Positions 46,400 to 55,801 of a DNA stretch of 64,000 nucleotides are shown piece by piece. Numbering within the stretch: the stretch's first letter is position 1; each line of letters begins with the position of its first letter. Source of the stretch: Pseudomonadota bacterium (GTDB lineage Bacteria > Pseudomonadota > Alphaproteobacteria > Kiloniellales > JAKSDN01); assembly GCA_039029395.1 (NCBI GenBank), contig JBCCGG010000001.1, positions 373,761 through 437,760 on the forward strand. Direction: 5' to 3'. The notes beneath the pieces were generated by a model, which had not been told where the DNA came from, did not search any database, and worked only from the letters and a program-made list of their open reading frames with translations. The position numbers were made by a program, and so were the translations under genes.

Positions 46400-46577
46400 C
46401 GTGTCACCCCTCACCAAAGATGACCCAGTCTTGGTCAGAGGCGAACCGGGCGCATTGACTCAAATCAAACCTTCAGCGGTCGGCCCACACGCCGCGCGCC
46501 GGACTTTTTCTGTTTACAGCGCCAAGCAATCGGCGCCATCCTCGGCGCTGAAACCGCCGCTATCAGGAGCTCCGGTC

Positions 46578-47438
46578 ATGAACGCAGATATGCCCCGCGC
46601 CATCACCCCGGACGAGATCGCGACCTATCACCGAGACGGTGTCGTCTTGTTGCCGAGCATGTTCGATGGCGATTGGATCGATCTTCTGAACGAGGGCTTG
46701 CTTGCCAACTGCGACGACCCCACGGACCGCTCGCGGGTGTGGGACCGGGATGCCGACGGGCGCACCATGTTCTACGACAGCCAGGCCTGGCAGCGCATTG
46801 CCCACTACCGACGCTTCGTCTTCGGCTCGCCCGCAGCCCAAATCGCCGGCTGCTTGATGGGCTCTGAGCGCATCAACTTCTATTTCGATGCGGTCTTCGT
46901 GCGCTCGCCCGGCAGCCAGTTCGCCACGCCCTGGCACCAGGACGAGCCCTATTGGTCGGTCGAGGGCTACGACACCTGCACCATTTGGATGCCCCTGGTG
47001 CCGGTCAAGCGGGAGAACGCCTTGGCCTATGTGCCGGGCTCGCACCGCCTGGACTCGGTGTTCTATCAGTACAACTTCGGCAATTTGAACCCGGACGGCA
47101 AATCCGGCATCGACCAGGTGGACTTCTCCAACGTTGCAAATGTGGACTTTCCCGACATCAACGCCGACCCGGAGCGCTTCGGGGTGGTGAGCTGGGACAT
47201 GGCGCCGGGCGACTGCGTGGCCTTCAACAGCCGAATCATGCACGGCGGCTCGGGCAAGCTGGCAGAGGACTGCGAGCTGCGGGTCTTCACGACGAAGTGG
47301 CTCGGCGACGACGTGCGCATCAAGTTCCGCGACTGCGGCATGGACCCGGATCACAGCGCGGTCATGACCGCCCAGGGCCTCAAGCCCGGCGACCGTCCGG
47401 GCACCGACCTCTACCCCCAGGTCTGGCAACGCGTTTAG
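46578..47438 (+). CDS. Phytanoyl-CoA dioxygenase (PhyH) family Fe(II)/2OG oxygenase
   Basis: 286 aa from ATG 46578, preceded by CAGGAG (the track ORF 46128..47438 has an artefactual N-terminal part). It has WHQDEPYW (HxD) and a later H (IMHGG). Confidence 0.7.
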   Translation: MNADMPRAITPDEIATYHRDGVVLLPSMFDGDWIDLLNEGLLANCDDPTDRSRVWDRDADGRTMFYDSQAWQRIAHYRRFVFGSPAAQIAGCLMGSERINFYFDAVFVRSPGSQFATPWHQDEPYWSVEGYDTCTIWMPLVPVKRENALAYVPGSHRLDSVFYQYNFGNLNPDGKSGIDQVDFSNVANVDFPDINADPERFGVVSWDMAPGDCVAFNSRIMHGGSGKLAEDCELRVFTTKWLGDDVRIKFRDCGMDPDHSAVMTAQGLKPGDRPGTDLYPQVWQRV

Positions 47439-47486
47439 CCCACGCCTCGGCTGCAGTGGGGCAGGTCAGGGTCGAGCGCAGCCCGC

Positions 47487-47705
47487 TCACTGCTGACGCC
47501 GGCCGCCCCGGCCGACGGCGCCGAACAGCATCACGGCTAGAAAGACCGCGAGCACGGGAAAGAGCACGGCATCGATCTCCGCGACCCAAGTCGCCAGGCC
47601 GATCGCTGGCAGCAGCCAGACCAGGAGCGGCGTGAAGCAGCAAACCGCCGTGATCAGCGCGCCAATGGCGCCAACCAAAAAGACCTTGGGCCTATTGAGA
47701 GCCAT
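47487..47705 (-). CDS. MerF-like two-TM membrane protein (vicinal Cys pair; lacks the second CC pair)
   Basis: 72 aa. LITAVCCFTPLLVWLLPAIGLATWVAEIDAVLFPVLAVF parallels MerF LVALCCFTPVLVILLGVVGLSALTGYLDYVLLPALAIF (from memory). The C-terminus is GRGGRRQQ and has no Cys. Confidence 0.65.
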   Translation of the reverse strand: MALNRPKVFLVGAIGALITAVCCFTPLLVWLLPAIGLATWVAEIDAVLFPVLAVFLAVMLFGAVGRGGRRQQ

Positions 47706-47707
47706 CC

Positions 47708-48022
47708 CTAGCCCAGGCGCACGGCGGTGCCGGTCGCGCTCACCATGAGCATGGAGTCGCCGATTGCGTGGTAGTCGAGGTCGACCGCGACAACCGCGTC
47801 GGCGCCGCGCTCCTGGGCCTCCTCGAGCATGTCTTCGATGGCGTGCTCCTTGGCGCCGCGCAGGGCCTTCTCATAGCCGCCGGCGCGCCCGCCGATCACG
47901 TCGGTCACCTTGGCGAAGAAGTCCCGGAACATGTTGGCGCCGACGATGGCGTCGCCGCCGACGATGCCGATATGTTCGACGATCCGGTGGCCTTGGATGG
48001 TCTCGGTCGTGACGACGATCAT
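47708..48022 (-). CDS. YbjQ/UPF0145 family protein (annotated elsewhere as heavy-metal-binding domain)
   Basis: 104 aa. MIVVTTETIQGHRIVEHIGIVGGDAIVGANMFRDFFAKVTDVIGGRAGGYEKAL...AVVAVDLDY. It ends 2 nt before the merF-like start. Confidence 0.8.
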   Translation of the reverse strand: MIVVTTETIQGHRIVEHIGIVGGDAIVGANMFRDFFAKVTDVIGGRAGGYEKALRGAKEHAIEDMLEEAQERGADAVVAVDLDYHAIGDSMLMVSATGTAVRLG

Positions 48023-48129
48023 GAAGGGGTGCTCCTGGCTGGCTACGACGCTTTCTATGGGCCAAGCTTACACCGCTTGTGCCGCTGCCTGAAAGCTGCT
48101 AGCCGGGTCGGGCAACTGCGGGGCGGCGC

Positions 48130-49410
48130 ATGGTGGCCGAGGCACAGAGCGACGCGGCGCCGGGCGCCGGCAAGAAGGGCATCATCGCCTGGTGCATCTT
48201 CGATTGGGCCAACTCGGCCTTTCCCACAGTGGTCATCACCTTCGTGTTCTCGAACTACTACACCGCGGCGCTTGCCAGCTCGCCCGAGCAGGCGACCCAG
48301 GACTGGGGCCTGGCGATCTCGATCTCCGGCATCGCGGTCGCGATCCTGGCGCCGATTGTCGGCGCCGTGGCCGATCTGGGCGGCCGTCGCAAGCCTTGGC
48401 TGGCGATCTTCAGCCTGCTCTGCATCGCGGCCGGCCTCGGGCTTTGGACGGTCGAGCCGGAGCCCAGCTTTGCGCTGCGCGCGTTGATCTTGGTCGGCAT
48501 CGCCAATGCCACATTCGAGCTTGGCCAGGTGTTCTACAACGCCATGCTGCCGGAGATCGCGCCGCGTGCCATGCTTGGGCGGATCTCCGGCTGGGCCTGG
48601 GGCAGCGGCTATGCCGGCGGGCTGGTCTGCCTCACGCTCACTTTGGTGTTCCTGATCCTGCCGGAGAAGCCGTTGTTCGGATTGGAGATGGCGAAGGGCG
48701 AGCCGGCCCGGGCGAGCGCGGTGCTGGTCTCGCTGTGGTATCTGGTCTTCGCCGTACCGCTCTTCCTCTTCACCCCCGACCGGCCGGGCAGCGGCATGCC
48801 CTTCGCCCGGGCGGTCGGCCAGGGCCTGATCATGCTGAAGCGCACGCTGAGCGACCTGCGCCGCCACGGCAACATAGCGCGCTATCTGCTCGCTCGCATG
48901 ATCTACACCGACGGCCTCAACACACTCTTCATCTTCGGCGGGGTCTACGCCGCCGGGCGCTTCGGCATGGACACCCAAGAGGTCCTGGTCTTCGCGATCC
49001 TGCTCAACATCACCGCCGGTATTGGCGCCGCCGCCTTCGGCTGGATCGACGACTGGATCGGCGCCAAGCGCACGATCATCATCGCGGTCGCCAGCCTGAC
49101 CGTCTTCGGCGGCCTGATCCTGCTCGCCCCCTCCAAGCTGTGGTTCTATGTCCTGGGCTGTGCGCTTGGCATCTTCGTCGGGCCGGCCCAGTCGGCCAGC
49201 CGCTCGCTCATGGCGCGACTGGCGCCGGAGGAGATGCGCACCGAGATGTTCGGGCTCTACGCGCTCTCCGGCAAGGCGACGGCCTTCATAGGCCCAGCCT
49301 TGGTTGGCTGGGTGACCGTCGCGACGAACAGCCAGGAAATCGGCATGGCGACTATCCTGGTGTTCTTCCTGGTCGGGCTGGTCCTGATGCTGCCAGTCAA
49401 GGAGACCTGA
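48130..49410 (+). CDS. MFS transporter (UMF1/Atg22-like)
   Basis: 426 aa with 12 TM helices. The N-terminus WCIFDWANSAFPTVVITFVF is typical of the UMF1 family. Confidence 0.75.
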   Translation: MVAEAQSDAAPGAGKKGIIAWCIFDWANSAFPTVVITFVFSNYYTAALASSPEQATQDWGLAISISGIAVAILAPIVGAVADLGGRRKPWLAIFSLLCIAAGLGLWTVEPEPSFALRALILVGIANATFELGQVFYNAMLPEIAPRAMLGRISGWAWGSGYAGGLVCLTLTLVFLILPEKPLFGLEMAKGEPARASAVLVSLWYLVFAVPLFLFTPDRPGSGMPFARAVGQGLIMLKRTLSDLRRHGNIARYLLARMIYTDGLNTLFIFGGVYAAGRFGMDTQEVLVFAILLNITAGIGAAAFGWIDDWIGAKRTIIIAVASLTVFGGLILLAPSKLWFYVLGCALGIFVGPAQSASRSLMARLAPEEMRTEMFGLYALSGKATAFIGPALVGWVTVATNSQEIGMATILVFFLVGLVLMLPVKET

Positions 49411-49424
49411 ACGGAGCTCCTGCG

Positions 49425-49634
49425 CTAGCGCGAGCAGTAGCTGTTCGGCTCCGTTGGAGAGAGGCTCGGTTTGCGGATCTTGCCGAGCGCCCGGCCAACA
49501 CCTCGGTTCAGGCTGGCAATGACGTCTCCAAAGGCTTGCGCCCGCAAGGTGCGGGCCCGGGCTATGCCTTGGGCGATGGCCTCCTGGGTGATTTCACCAG
49601 GTACCAAGGGATCACGGGGGTCTGATCGCTTCAT
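49425..49634 (-). CDS. Hypothetical small protein (69 aa)
   Basis: Internal ATG 49634 of track ORF 49425..49712. The product is MKRSDPRDPLVPGEITQEAIAQGIARARTLRAQAFGDVIASL... It is divergent from the LysR gene. No motif was recognised, and coding status is uncertain. Confidence 0.3.
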   Translation of the reverse strand: MKRSDPRDPLVPGEITQEAIAQGIARARTLRAQAFGDVIASLNRGVGRALGKIRKPSLSPTEPNSYCSR

Positions 49635-49774
49635 GGCTGTATCCTCCGGGCGGAACGATGGGCTGGGGATCGGCCCATTGCTTGCCGAGGAATGTATTTC
49701 ATGGCATTTCAATTGATAATATGGGGATTCAGACTATAATTTTTTCCAAAATGGAATAGATAAAGGCGAAATCA

Positions 49775-50704
49775 ATGGATCGGCTAGGAGCGATGGAGCT
49801 TTTCGTGCAGGTGGCCGACAGCGGCAGCCTGTCGGCGGCGGCCCGCGTCTTGGGTATGACCCCCTCGGCCGCCAGCAAGCAGCTCGCCAAGCTGGAGGAT
49901 CGTCTGGGCGTGCGCCTCTTGAACCGTACGACCCGCCGCATCGCGCCGACCGAGGAGGGCCGGGCCTATCTCGAGCGCGCCCGGCGCCTGCTGGACGACC
50001 TGGCCGAGACCGAACAGGCGATCGCCGATCTGGGCGGCGGGGCGCGGGGCACGCTCAGGGTCGACCTGCCGAGCGCCTTCGGCCGGCTGTTCGTCACGCC
50101 CTTGATCCCGAGCTTCCTGGCGGCCAACCCAGAGGTTCGCATCGATCTCTCCTTCAACGACCGCTTCGTCGACCTGGTGGGCGAGGGCATCGACCTGGCG
50201 GTGCGCATTGGCGAGCTGGCCGACTCGAGCTTGATCGCGCGGCGACTCTTCGCCAATCGCCGGGTGGTCTGCGCCACGCCCGGCTACTTTGCGGATCATG
50301 GCCGGCCGCGCGTGCCAGGGGATCTGGTCGGCCACAATTGCATCGTCTACACCTATCGGGCGACCCGCTACGATTGGCGCTTTCGCACGCCAAGCGGTGC
50401 CGAGGAGACGGTGCGGGTCGCCGGCAACTTCGAGGCCAACAGCGCCGAGGCGGTCTTCGACGCCCTGCTTGCCGGCCAAGGGGTTGCCTTGCAGCCTTTG
50501 TGGCTGGTCGGCCGGGATCTCCAGTCCGGCCGCCTTGAGGAGGTCTTGAGCGGCTACCACGCGCCGGATTCCAGCGGCTACATCATCTACCCGCCAGGCC
50601 GCCACCTTTCGACCAAGGTGCGCCGCTTCATCGATCACCTGGTGGCCGGCCTGGGGCGTGAGGATCTCTGGCAAGGCGCTTTGCGAGAGGAGGAGGCGAC
50701 GTGA
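49775..50704 (+). CDS. LysR-family transcriptional regulator
   Basis: 309 aa. The HTH is MDRLGAMELFVQVADSGSLSAAARVLGMTPSAASKQLAKLEDRLGVRLLNRTTR, followed by a LysR substrate-binding domain. Confidence 0.9.
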   Translation: MDRLGAMELFVQVADSGSLSAAARVLGMTPSAASKQLAKLEDRLGVRLLNRTTRRIAPTEEGRAYLERARRLLDDLAETEQAIADLGGGARGTLRVDLPSAFGRLFVTPLIPSFLAANPEVRIDLSFNDRFVDLVGEGIDLAVRIGELADSSLIARRLFANRRVVCATPGYFADHGRPRVPGDLVGHNCIVYTYRATRYDWRFRTPSGAEETVRVAGNFEANSAEAVFDALLAGQGVALQPLWLVGRDLQSGRLEEVLSGYHAPDSSGYIIYPPGRHLSTKVRRFIDHLVAGLGREDLWQGALREEEAT

Positions 50705-51126
50705 CCAAGAGAATCATTCACACCACGCCGGGCTTGGTGGAGGTGTCCTATCGGGACGACCTCGAGGCCATCTATCTGAAATGGCTCAGCGAGTACGATG
50801 AGGGCACGGCCGTGCGGGACGCGGTCCACGCGGCGCTCGATCACGTACGCGAGAACGACGTGCGCAACTGGCTGGCCGACGTCTCGACCTCGCCGCGCGG
50901 CCTGAGCGAGGCGGATCAAGCCTGGGTCACCGGCGAGGAATTCCGCACGGCGATTGCCGCCTCGCCCCTGCGCCGCTTCGTCCTGATCCCGCCCCTGCCG
51001 GAGACCGGCCAAGACACCTCGTGGCTGGCCGACTGGGAGGCTAACACGCTCGCCAAGTTCGGCGACCAAGTCCAGGCCAAGCTTTCCAGCGACCTGGAGG
51101 AAATTCGCGCCTTCTTCCTTGGTTAG
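50701..51126 (+). CDS. Hypothetical protein (141 aa)
   Basis: GTG start overlaps the LysR stop by 4 bp. Composition is normal. The family is not recognised (possibly SpoIIAA/STAS-like; this is a weak guess). Confidence 0.5.
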   Translation: MTKRIIHTTPGLVEVSYRDDLEAIYLKWLSEYDEGTAVRDAVHAALDHVRENDVRNWLADVSTSPRGLSEADQAWVTGEEFRTAIAASPLRRFVLIPPLPETGQDTSWLADWEANTLAKFGDQVQAKLSSDLEEIRAFFLG

Positions 51127-51135
51127 AACGCCGGG

Positions 51136-52371
51136 CTAGTCGTAGCTGCGCTGGTCGTCGATGACCTTGCCGTCATTCGCCAGGCTGCCCGGCGCGACAA
51201 GCTCCACGGCGCCGGCCAGCTTGCAGGCCGACTTGAGGCTTTCGCCGATTGCCTCTAGCGAGGCATCGCCCGCGACTTCGCACCGCAGGGTCATGACGTC
51301 CATCTCGCCGTCGCGCCCGACCACCAGGCGGGCCTTCAAGATCTCCGGATGGCGCTTGAGCGCGGCGGCGACCTGGCCCGGGTGGACGAACATGCCCTTA
51401 ACCTTGGTGGTCTGGTCGGCCCGGCCCATCCAACCCTTGATGCGCTGGTTCGTCCGCCCGCAGGGGCTGATGCCCGGCAGCACCGCGGAGAGGTCGCCGG
51501 TCGCCAGGCGGATCAAAGGATAATCGGGATTGAGCGTAGTGATCACCACCTCGCCGACCTCGCCGTCGGGCAGGGGATCGCCGGTGCCGGGCCTGACGAT
51601 CTCCAAGATCAAATCCTCGTCGAGCACCATGCCGGGGCAGGGCGCCCCCGCCGGGTCCAAGCTCTCGTAGGCGACCAGGCCGAGATCGGCGGTCACGTAG
51701 CACTGCAGGGTCGTTACGCCGCGCTGGGCGTATTCTTCGCGCAGAGACGGGAACAGCGCGCCGCCGGAGACCAGGGCACGGGTAATGCTGGAACAATCGA
51801 GGCCAAGCTCGGCCGCCTTGTCGAGCAGCATCTTCAGGAAGTCAGGCGTGCCGCTGTAGCCGACCGGCCGCAAATGGGCGATCGCTTGGGCCTGTTGCTC
51901 GGAGTTGCCGACCCCGCCGGGCACGACCGCGCAACCGAGTGCCCGCAGGCCGCCGTCGAGGATCCAGCCGCCCGGGGTCAGGTGGTAGGAAAAGCAGTTG
52001 TGCACCAGATCGCCGGCCCGAAAGCCGGCGGCATGGAGGGCCCGTTCGACCCGCCAAAAGCCGGGGCGCGGCGATTCCGGTTCATAGATCGGCCCGGGCG
52101 ATGCGAAGTAGCGGGCGACCGCCCCGGCCGCGAAGCCGCCTAGGGGCGGCTCGGCACTTTGCAGTTCCATCAGTTCGGGCTTGGTGGTGACCGGCAGAGC
52201 AGCCAAAGCTTGGCGGCCGGTTACGCTGGCCGGATCGACCTCGGCCAGCAGGCGGCCATAGGCCGGTGCCTCGGACTTGGCGTGGGCGACTTGCTTGGCA
52301 AGCGCCGACATTAGCTCGGCTTCCCGTTCGCCGGGATCGCGGGTCTCTCGCGCGTCGAAGTGATCGCTCAC
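51136..52371 (-). CDS. Phenylacetate--CoA ligase family (PaaK-like) adenylating enzyme
   Basis: 411 aa. Its size and motifs (YSGTPDFL, GGALFP, TEIVRPGTGDP-like, and the C-terminal ACT-like part) fit the PaaK-like family. There is a 4-bp overlap with the upstream ATPase gene. Confidence 0.7.
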   Translation of the reverse strand: MSDHFDARETRDPGEREAELMSALAKQVAHAKSEAPAYGRLLAEVDPASVTGRQALAALPVTTKPELMELQSAEPPLGGFAAGAVARYFASPGPIYEPESPRPGFWRVERALHAAGFRAGDLVHNCFSYHLTPGGWILDGGLRALGCAVVPGGVGNSEQQAQAIAHLRPVGYSGTPDFLKMLLDKAAELGLDCSSITRALVSGGALFPSLREEYAQRGVTTLQCYVTADLGLVAYESLDPAGAPCPGMVLDEDLILEIVRPGTGDPLPDGEVGEVVITTLNPDYPLIRLATGDLSAVLPGISPCGRTNQRIKGWMGRADQTTKVKGMFVHPGQVAAALKRHPEILKARLVVGRDGEMDVMTLRCEVAGDASLEAIGESLKSACKLAGAVELVAPGSLANDGKVIDDQRSYD

Positions 52372-53222
52372 GCCAGCCAGCGCTTGCGGCGCTTGTAGTG
52401 CTTGACGTCTCGGTAGCTTTTGCGGCCGCCGGCCGAGAGCCCCAGATAGAACTCCTTGACGTCCTCGTTGCTGGCCAGGGTGTCGGCGTCGCCGTCGAGC
52501 ACGACCCGGCCGTTCTCAAGGATGTAGCCGTAGGTGGCGTACTTCAGCGCCATGTTGGTGTTCTGCTCGGCAAGTAGGATCGAGACGCCCTCGTTCTCGT
52601 TGAGCGCCCGGACGATCTCGAAGATCTCCTCGACCAGCTGGGGGGCGAGGCCCATGGAGGGTTCGTCCAGGAGGATCATCGAGGGCCGGCTCATCAGCGC
52701 CCGGCCGATCGCGCACATCTGCTGCTCGCCACCCGAGGTGTATCCGGCCTGGGCCTTGGCGCGCTCTTTCAGGCGTGGGAAATAGCTATAGACCTTCTCC
52801 AGGTCCTCGCGGATCTGGCTCTTGCGGCCGCCTTGGGTGTAGGCGCCGGTCAGCAGGTTTTCCTCGACCGTCAGATGCTCGAAGCAGTGGCGGCCTTCCA
52901 TCACCTGAATCACACCCCGTTTGACCAGGTCGTTGGGGGTCAGGCTATCGACCCGGTCGCCCTCGAACTCGATCGAGCCTTTGGTGACCTCGCCGCGCTC
53001 TGCGTGCAGCAGATTTGAAACCGCCTTCAGGGTCGTCGTCTTGCCGGCCCCGTTGGCGCCCAGCAGGGCGACGATGCCGCCCTCGGGCACCTCGAGCGAG
53101 ACCCCCTTTAAGACCAAGATGACGTGGTCGTAGATGACCTCGATGTTGTTGACCTTGAGGACGACCCGCGGCGCGTTGGCGCGCGCGGGCCGTTCCCCAA
53201 GGGTGGTCACGGTATCGTTCAC
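52368..53222 (-). CDS. ABC transporter ATP-binding protein (LivF-like) with a basic C-terminal extension
   Basis: 284 aa. Walker A GANGAGKTT, signature TSGGEQQMCAIGRAL, Walker B ILLDEPSMGLAP, and the tail YRDVKHYKRRKRWLA. Confidence 0.9.
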   Translation of the reverse strand: MNDTVTTLGERPARANAPRVVLKVNNIEVIYDHVILVLKGVSLEVPEGGIVALLGANGAGKTTTLKAVSNLLHAERGEVTKGSIEFEGDRVDSLTPNDLVKRGVIQVMEGRHCFEHLTVEENLLTGAYTQGGRKSQIREDLEKVYSYFPRLKERAKAQAGYTSGGEQQMCAIGRALMSRPSMILLDEPSMGLAPQLVEEIFEIVRALNENEGVSILLAEQNTNMALKYATYGYILENGRVVLDGDADTLASNEDVKEFYLGLSAGGRKSYRDVKHYKRRKRWLA

Positions 53223-53241
53223 GATTGCTTCGGAGCCCTAA

Positions 53242-54576
53242 TCAGCTCTCTTTGCTGCAATCGCGCGGCGTGATGCTGTTCTCCGCGGCGTAGTCGGCCG
53301 CGGCCTTCTCGATCAAGGGACGAACCACGTCGCGCATCGGCGGGACCCAGTCGCTGACGAAGTTCCACTTTTCGCCGTCCCACTGCTGGATCATCACCGG
53401 GCCGCCGGTCTCGTGGTCCTCGCAAGAGACCTTGACCGGATTGGTGAAGCCCTCCATGCCGAGCTCCTTGAGGCGCTCTTCCGTCAGGTCCAAGTTCTCC
53501 AGGCCCCAGCGTACCTCCTCGCCGGTCAGCGGGCGGTTGCCGAATTTGGCTTGGGCCGTGCGGATCGCTTCGACGCCGAACATGGCGTTCACGATGCCGC
53601 GGTTGTAAAGCACCTCGCCGACATTGTTATCCTTGGCCTCGGCTGCGTCGCCGCCGTAGATGACCTTGATGATATCGTCGTGAATCTTGAAGTCGGTGCC
53701 GGCGCCGTGGAAGGTGCCCGACTTGTAGCCGATCGCGCCGTCGCCGGCGGGGATCACGTCGGCTTCCGTACCCGACCACCAGACGCCGATGAAGTGGTCC
53801 ATCGGGAAGTTGATGGCCGCCGCTTCCTTGACCGCGACCTGATTCATCACGCCCCAGCCCCACATCAGGATCCAATCGGGCTTATAGCGCCGGATCTGCA
53901 GCCAGGTGGCTTTCTGCTCCTGACCGGGATGGTCGACCGACAGCAGCTTGAGTTCGAAGTCGTACTTTTCGGACAGCACCTCGAGAGTCGGGATCGGCTC
54001 CTTACCGTAGGCGCTGTTGTGATAGACCAGGGCGATCTTCTGGCCCTTAAGCTTATCAAAGCCGCCGGTCTGGTCCGCGATGTACTGGATGAAGGCCGAG
54101 GCCTGGCTCCAGTAGGTCGTCGGGAAATTGAAGATCCACTTGAACACCGAGCCGTCGGCCGCCGCGGTGCGGCCATAGCCCATGGAGAGGATCGGAATCT
54201 TGTCGACCTCGGCCTTGGGGATCAGCTGGTAGGTGATGCCCGTGCTATAGGGGTTGAACAGGGCGGCGCCGGTCGGGCCATTGTTCTTTAGCTTCTCGTA
54301 GCACTCGACGCCGATCTTGGTGTTGTACTCGGTCTCGCACTCCTCGAAGCTGATCTTGACGCCGTTGATGCCGCCGTCGCGCTCGTTGATCAGATTGTAG
54401 TAATCGCGGAAGCCGTTGGCGACCGGAATGCCGCTCGGCGCGTAGGGGCCGGTGCGGTAGACCAGCATCGGTATGAACTGCTCGTCTTGCGCGAAGCTCG
54501 GCTCCGCGACCAGCGTGCCGCTCGCGGCCACCGCGGCCCCGAGCAAGGACAGTGTCATGTTCCTTAGGTTCATCAT
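53242..54576 (-). CDS. ABC transporter substrate-binding protein (Leu/Ile/Val-binding-protein fold, large variant)
   Basis: 444 aa. It has the signal peptide MMNLRNMTLSLLGAAVAASGTLVAEPSFA and a type I periplasmic binding fold. Confidence 0.8.
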   Translation of the reverse strand: MMNLRNMTLSLLGAAVAASGTLVAEPSFAQDEQFIPMLVYRTGPYAPSGIPVANGFRDYYNLINERDGGINGVKISFEECETEYNTKIGVECYEKLKNNGPTGAALFNPYSTGITYQLIPKAEVDKIPILSMGYGRTAAADGSVFKWIFNFPTTYWSQASAFIQYIADQTGGFDKLKGQKIALVYHNSAYGKEPIPTLEVLSEKYDFELKLLSVDHPGQEQKATWLQIRRYKPDWILMWGWGVMNQVAVKEAAAINFPMDHFIGVWWSGTEADVIPAGDGAIGYKSGTFHGAGTDFKIHDDIIKVIYGGDAAEAKDNNVGEVLYNRGIVNAMFGVEAIRTAQAKFGNRPLTGEEVRWGLENLDLTEERLKELGMEGFTNPVKVSCEDHETGGPVMIQQWDGEKWNFVSDWVPPMRDVVRPLIEKAAADYAAENSITPRDCSKES

Positions 54577-54720
54577 GCTTCTCCCTGTTCTCCCCTTCTG
54601 TGGGCGCCTCGGTCGATGCGCCGCTCACTTATGGCCCCGTGGTATGGCCCCCGGGGCCTTCATTGCGCGCCAAGCTAGCATGCCGGTGCGCCTTGTCCAA
54701 TCGTCCTCGGCCCGGCGCCC

Positions 54721-55797
54721 CTAGTAGGGGAACGGCCAGAGCCGAAGCTTCTCCTTGAGTATCTGCCACAATCGGGCCAGGCCGTTGGGCTCGACGATCA
54801 AGAAGAAGATGATCATGGTGCCGAACAACATGATCTCGATGTGCTTCTGCAGGTCGATCGGCATCTCGATTCCGACCAGCTGAGGTGCGTTGGTGAGAAC
54901 GATCGGCACCAGAGTGATGAAGGCGGCGCCCAGGAAGGAGCCCAAGATCGAGCCGAGCCCGCCGATAATCACCATGAACAGCACGTCGAAAGAAATGAAG
55001 ATGTCGAAGGCCTCGGTCTCCGCGCTGCCAAGCCACAAGAAGACGCTCATGGCGCCGGCCACCCCGCAGTAGAACGACGAAATAGTGAAGGCCAGGAGCT
55101 TGGTCTGTAGCGGCCGGATGCCGATGATCTCGGCGGCAATATCCATGTCGCGAATTGCCATCCAGGATCGCCCAATGCGCCCGCGCACTAGATTCTTGGC
55201 GGCCAGCGCAAAGATCGTAACGATGATTAGGGCGACCATGTAACGCGTTTCCGCGGTCGCCGCCGGTCCAGTCACAGTGATTCCGAGGAACTCCCGCGGC
55301 GGTGCGGTGATGGTACCCGAGGGGTTGTCGTTGTAAAACCAGCCGACCTTGTTGAACATCCAGATCAGGAAGAACTGCGCCGCGAGCGTGGCGACCGCCA
55401 GGTAGAAGCCTTTGATGCGCAAGCTCGGCAAGCCGAACAGTAGGCCTACTCCGGCGGCGATCAGGCCGGCGATGATGAACACCACGAAGATGTTGATGTC
55501 GGGAATGTTGGTGGTGATCTTGTAGGTCATGTAGGCGCCGACCGCCATGAAGCCGCCGGTGCCGAGCGAGACCTGGCCGGCGTAGCCGGTCAAGATGTTG
55601 AGCCCGATGGTCGCCAGAGCGAACACCAGGAAGGGGATCATCACCGCCTGCAGCAGGTACTCGTTGGCCAGCAGCGGGATCGCGACGTAGGCGATGACAA
55701 GCACCAGGGCGATGAACCAGCGGTCCTGAATGATCGGGAAGATCGCCTGATCGGCGCCGTAGCTGGTCTTGAACTGTCCCGACTCCCGGTAAATCAT
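54721..55797 (-). CDS. Branched-chain-amino-acid-type ABC permease (LivM-like)
   Basis: 358-aa multi-pass protein. The segments GYAGQVSLGTGGFMAVGAY are typical of LivM. Confidence 0.85.
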   Translation of the reverse strand: MIYRESGQFKTSYGADQAIFPIIQDRWFIALVLVIAYVAIPLLANEYLLQAVMIPFLVFALATIGLNILTGYAGQVSLGTGGFMAVGAYMTYKITTNIPDINIFVVFIIAGLIAAGVGLLFGLPSLRIKGFYLAVATLAAQFFLIWMFNKVGWFYNDNPSGTITAPPREFLGITVTGPAATAETRYMVALIIVTIFALAAKNLVRGRIGRSWMAIRDMDIAAEIIGIRPLQTKLLAFTISSFYCGVAGAMSVFLWLGSAETEAFDIFISFDVLFMVIIGGLGSILGSFLGAAFITLVPIVLTNAPQLVGIEMPIDLQKHIEIMLFGTMIIFFLIVEPNGLARLWQILKEKLRLWPFPY

Positions 55798-55801
55798 CGT
55801 C

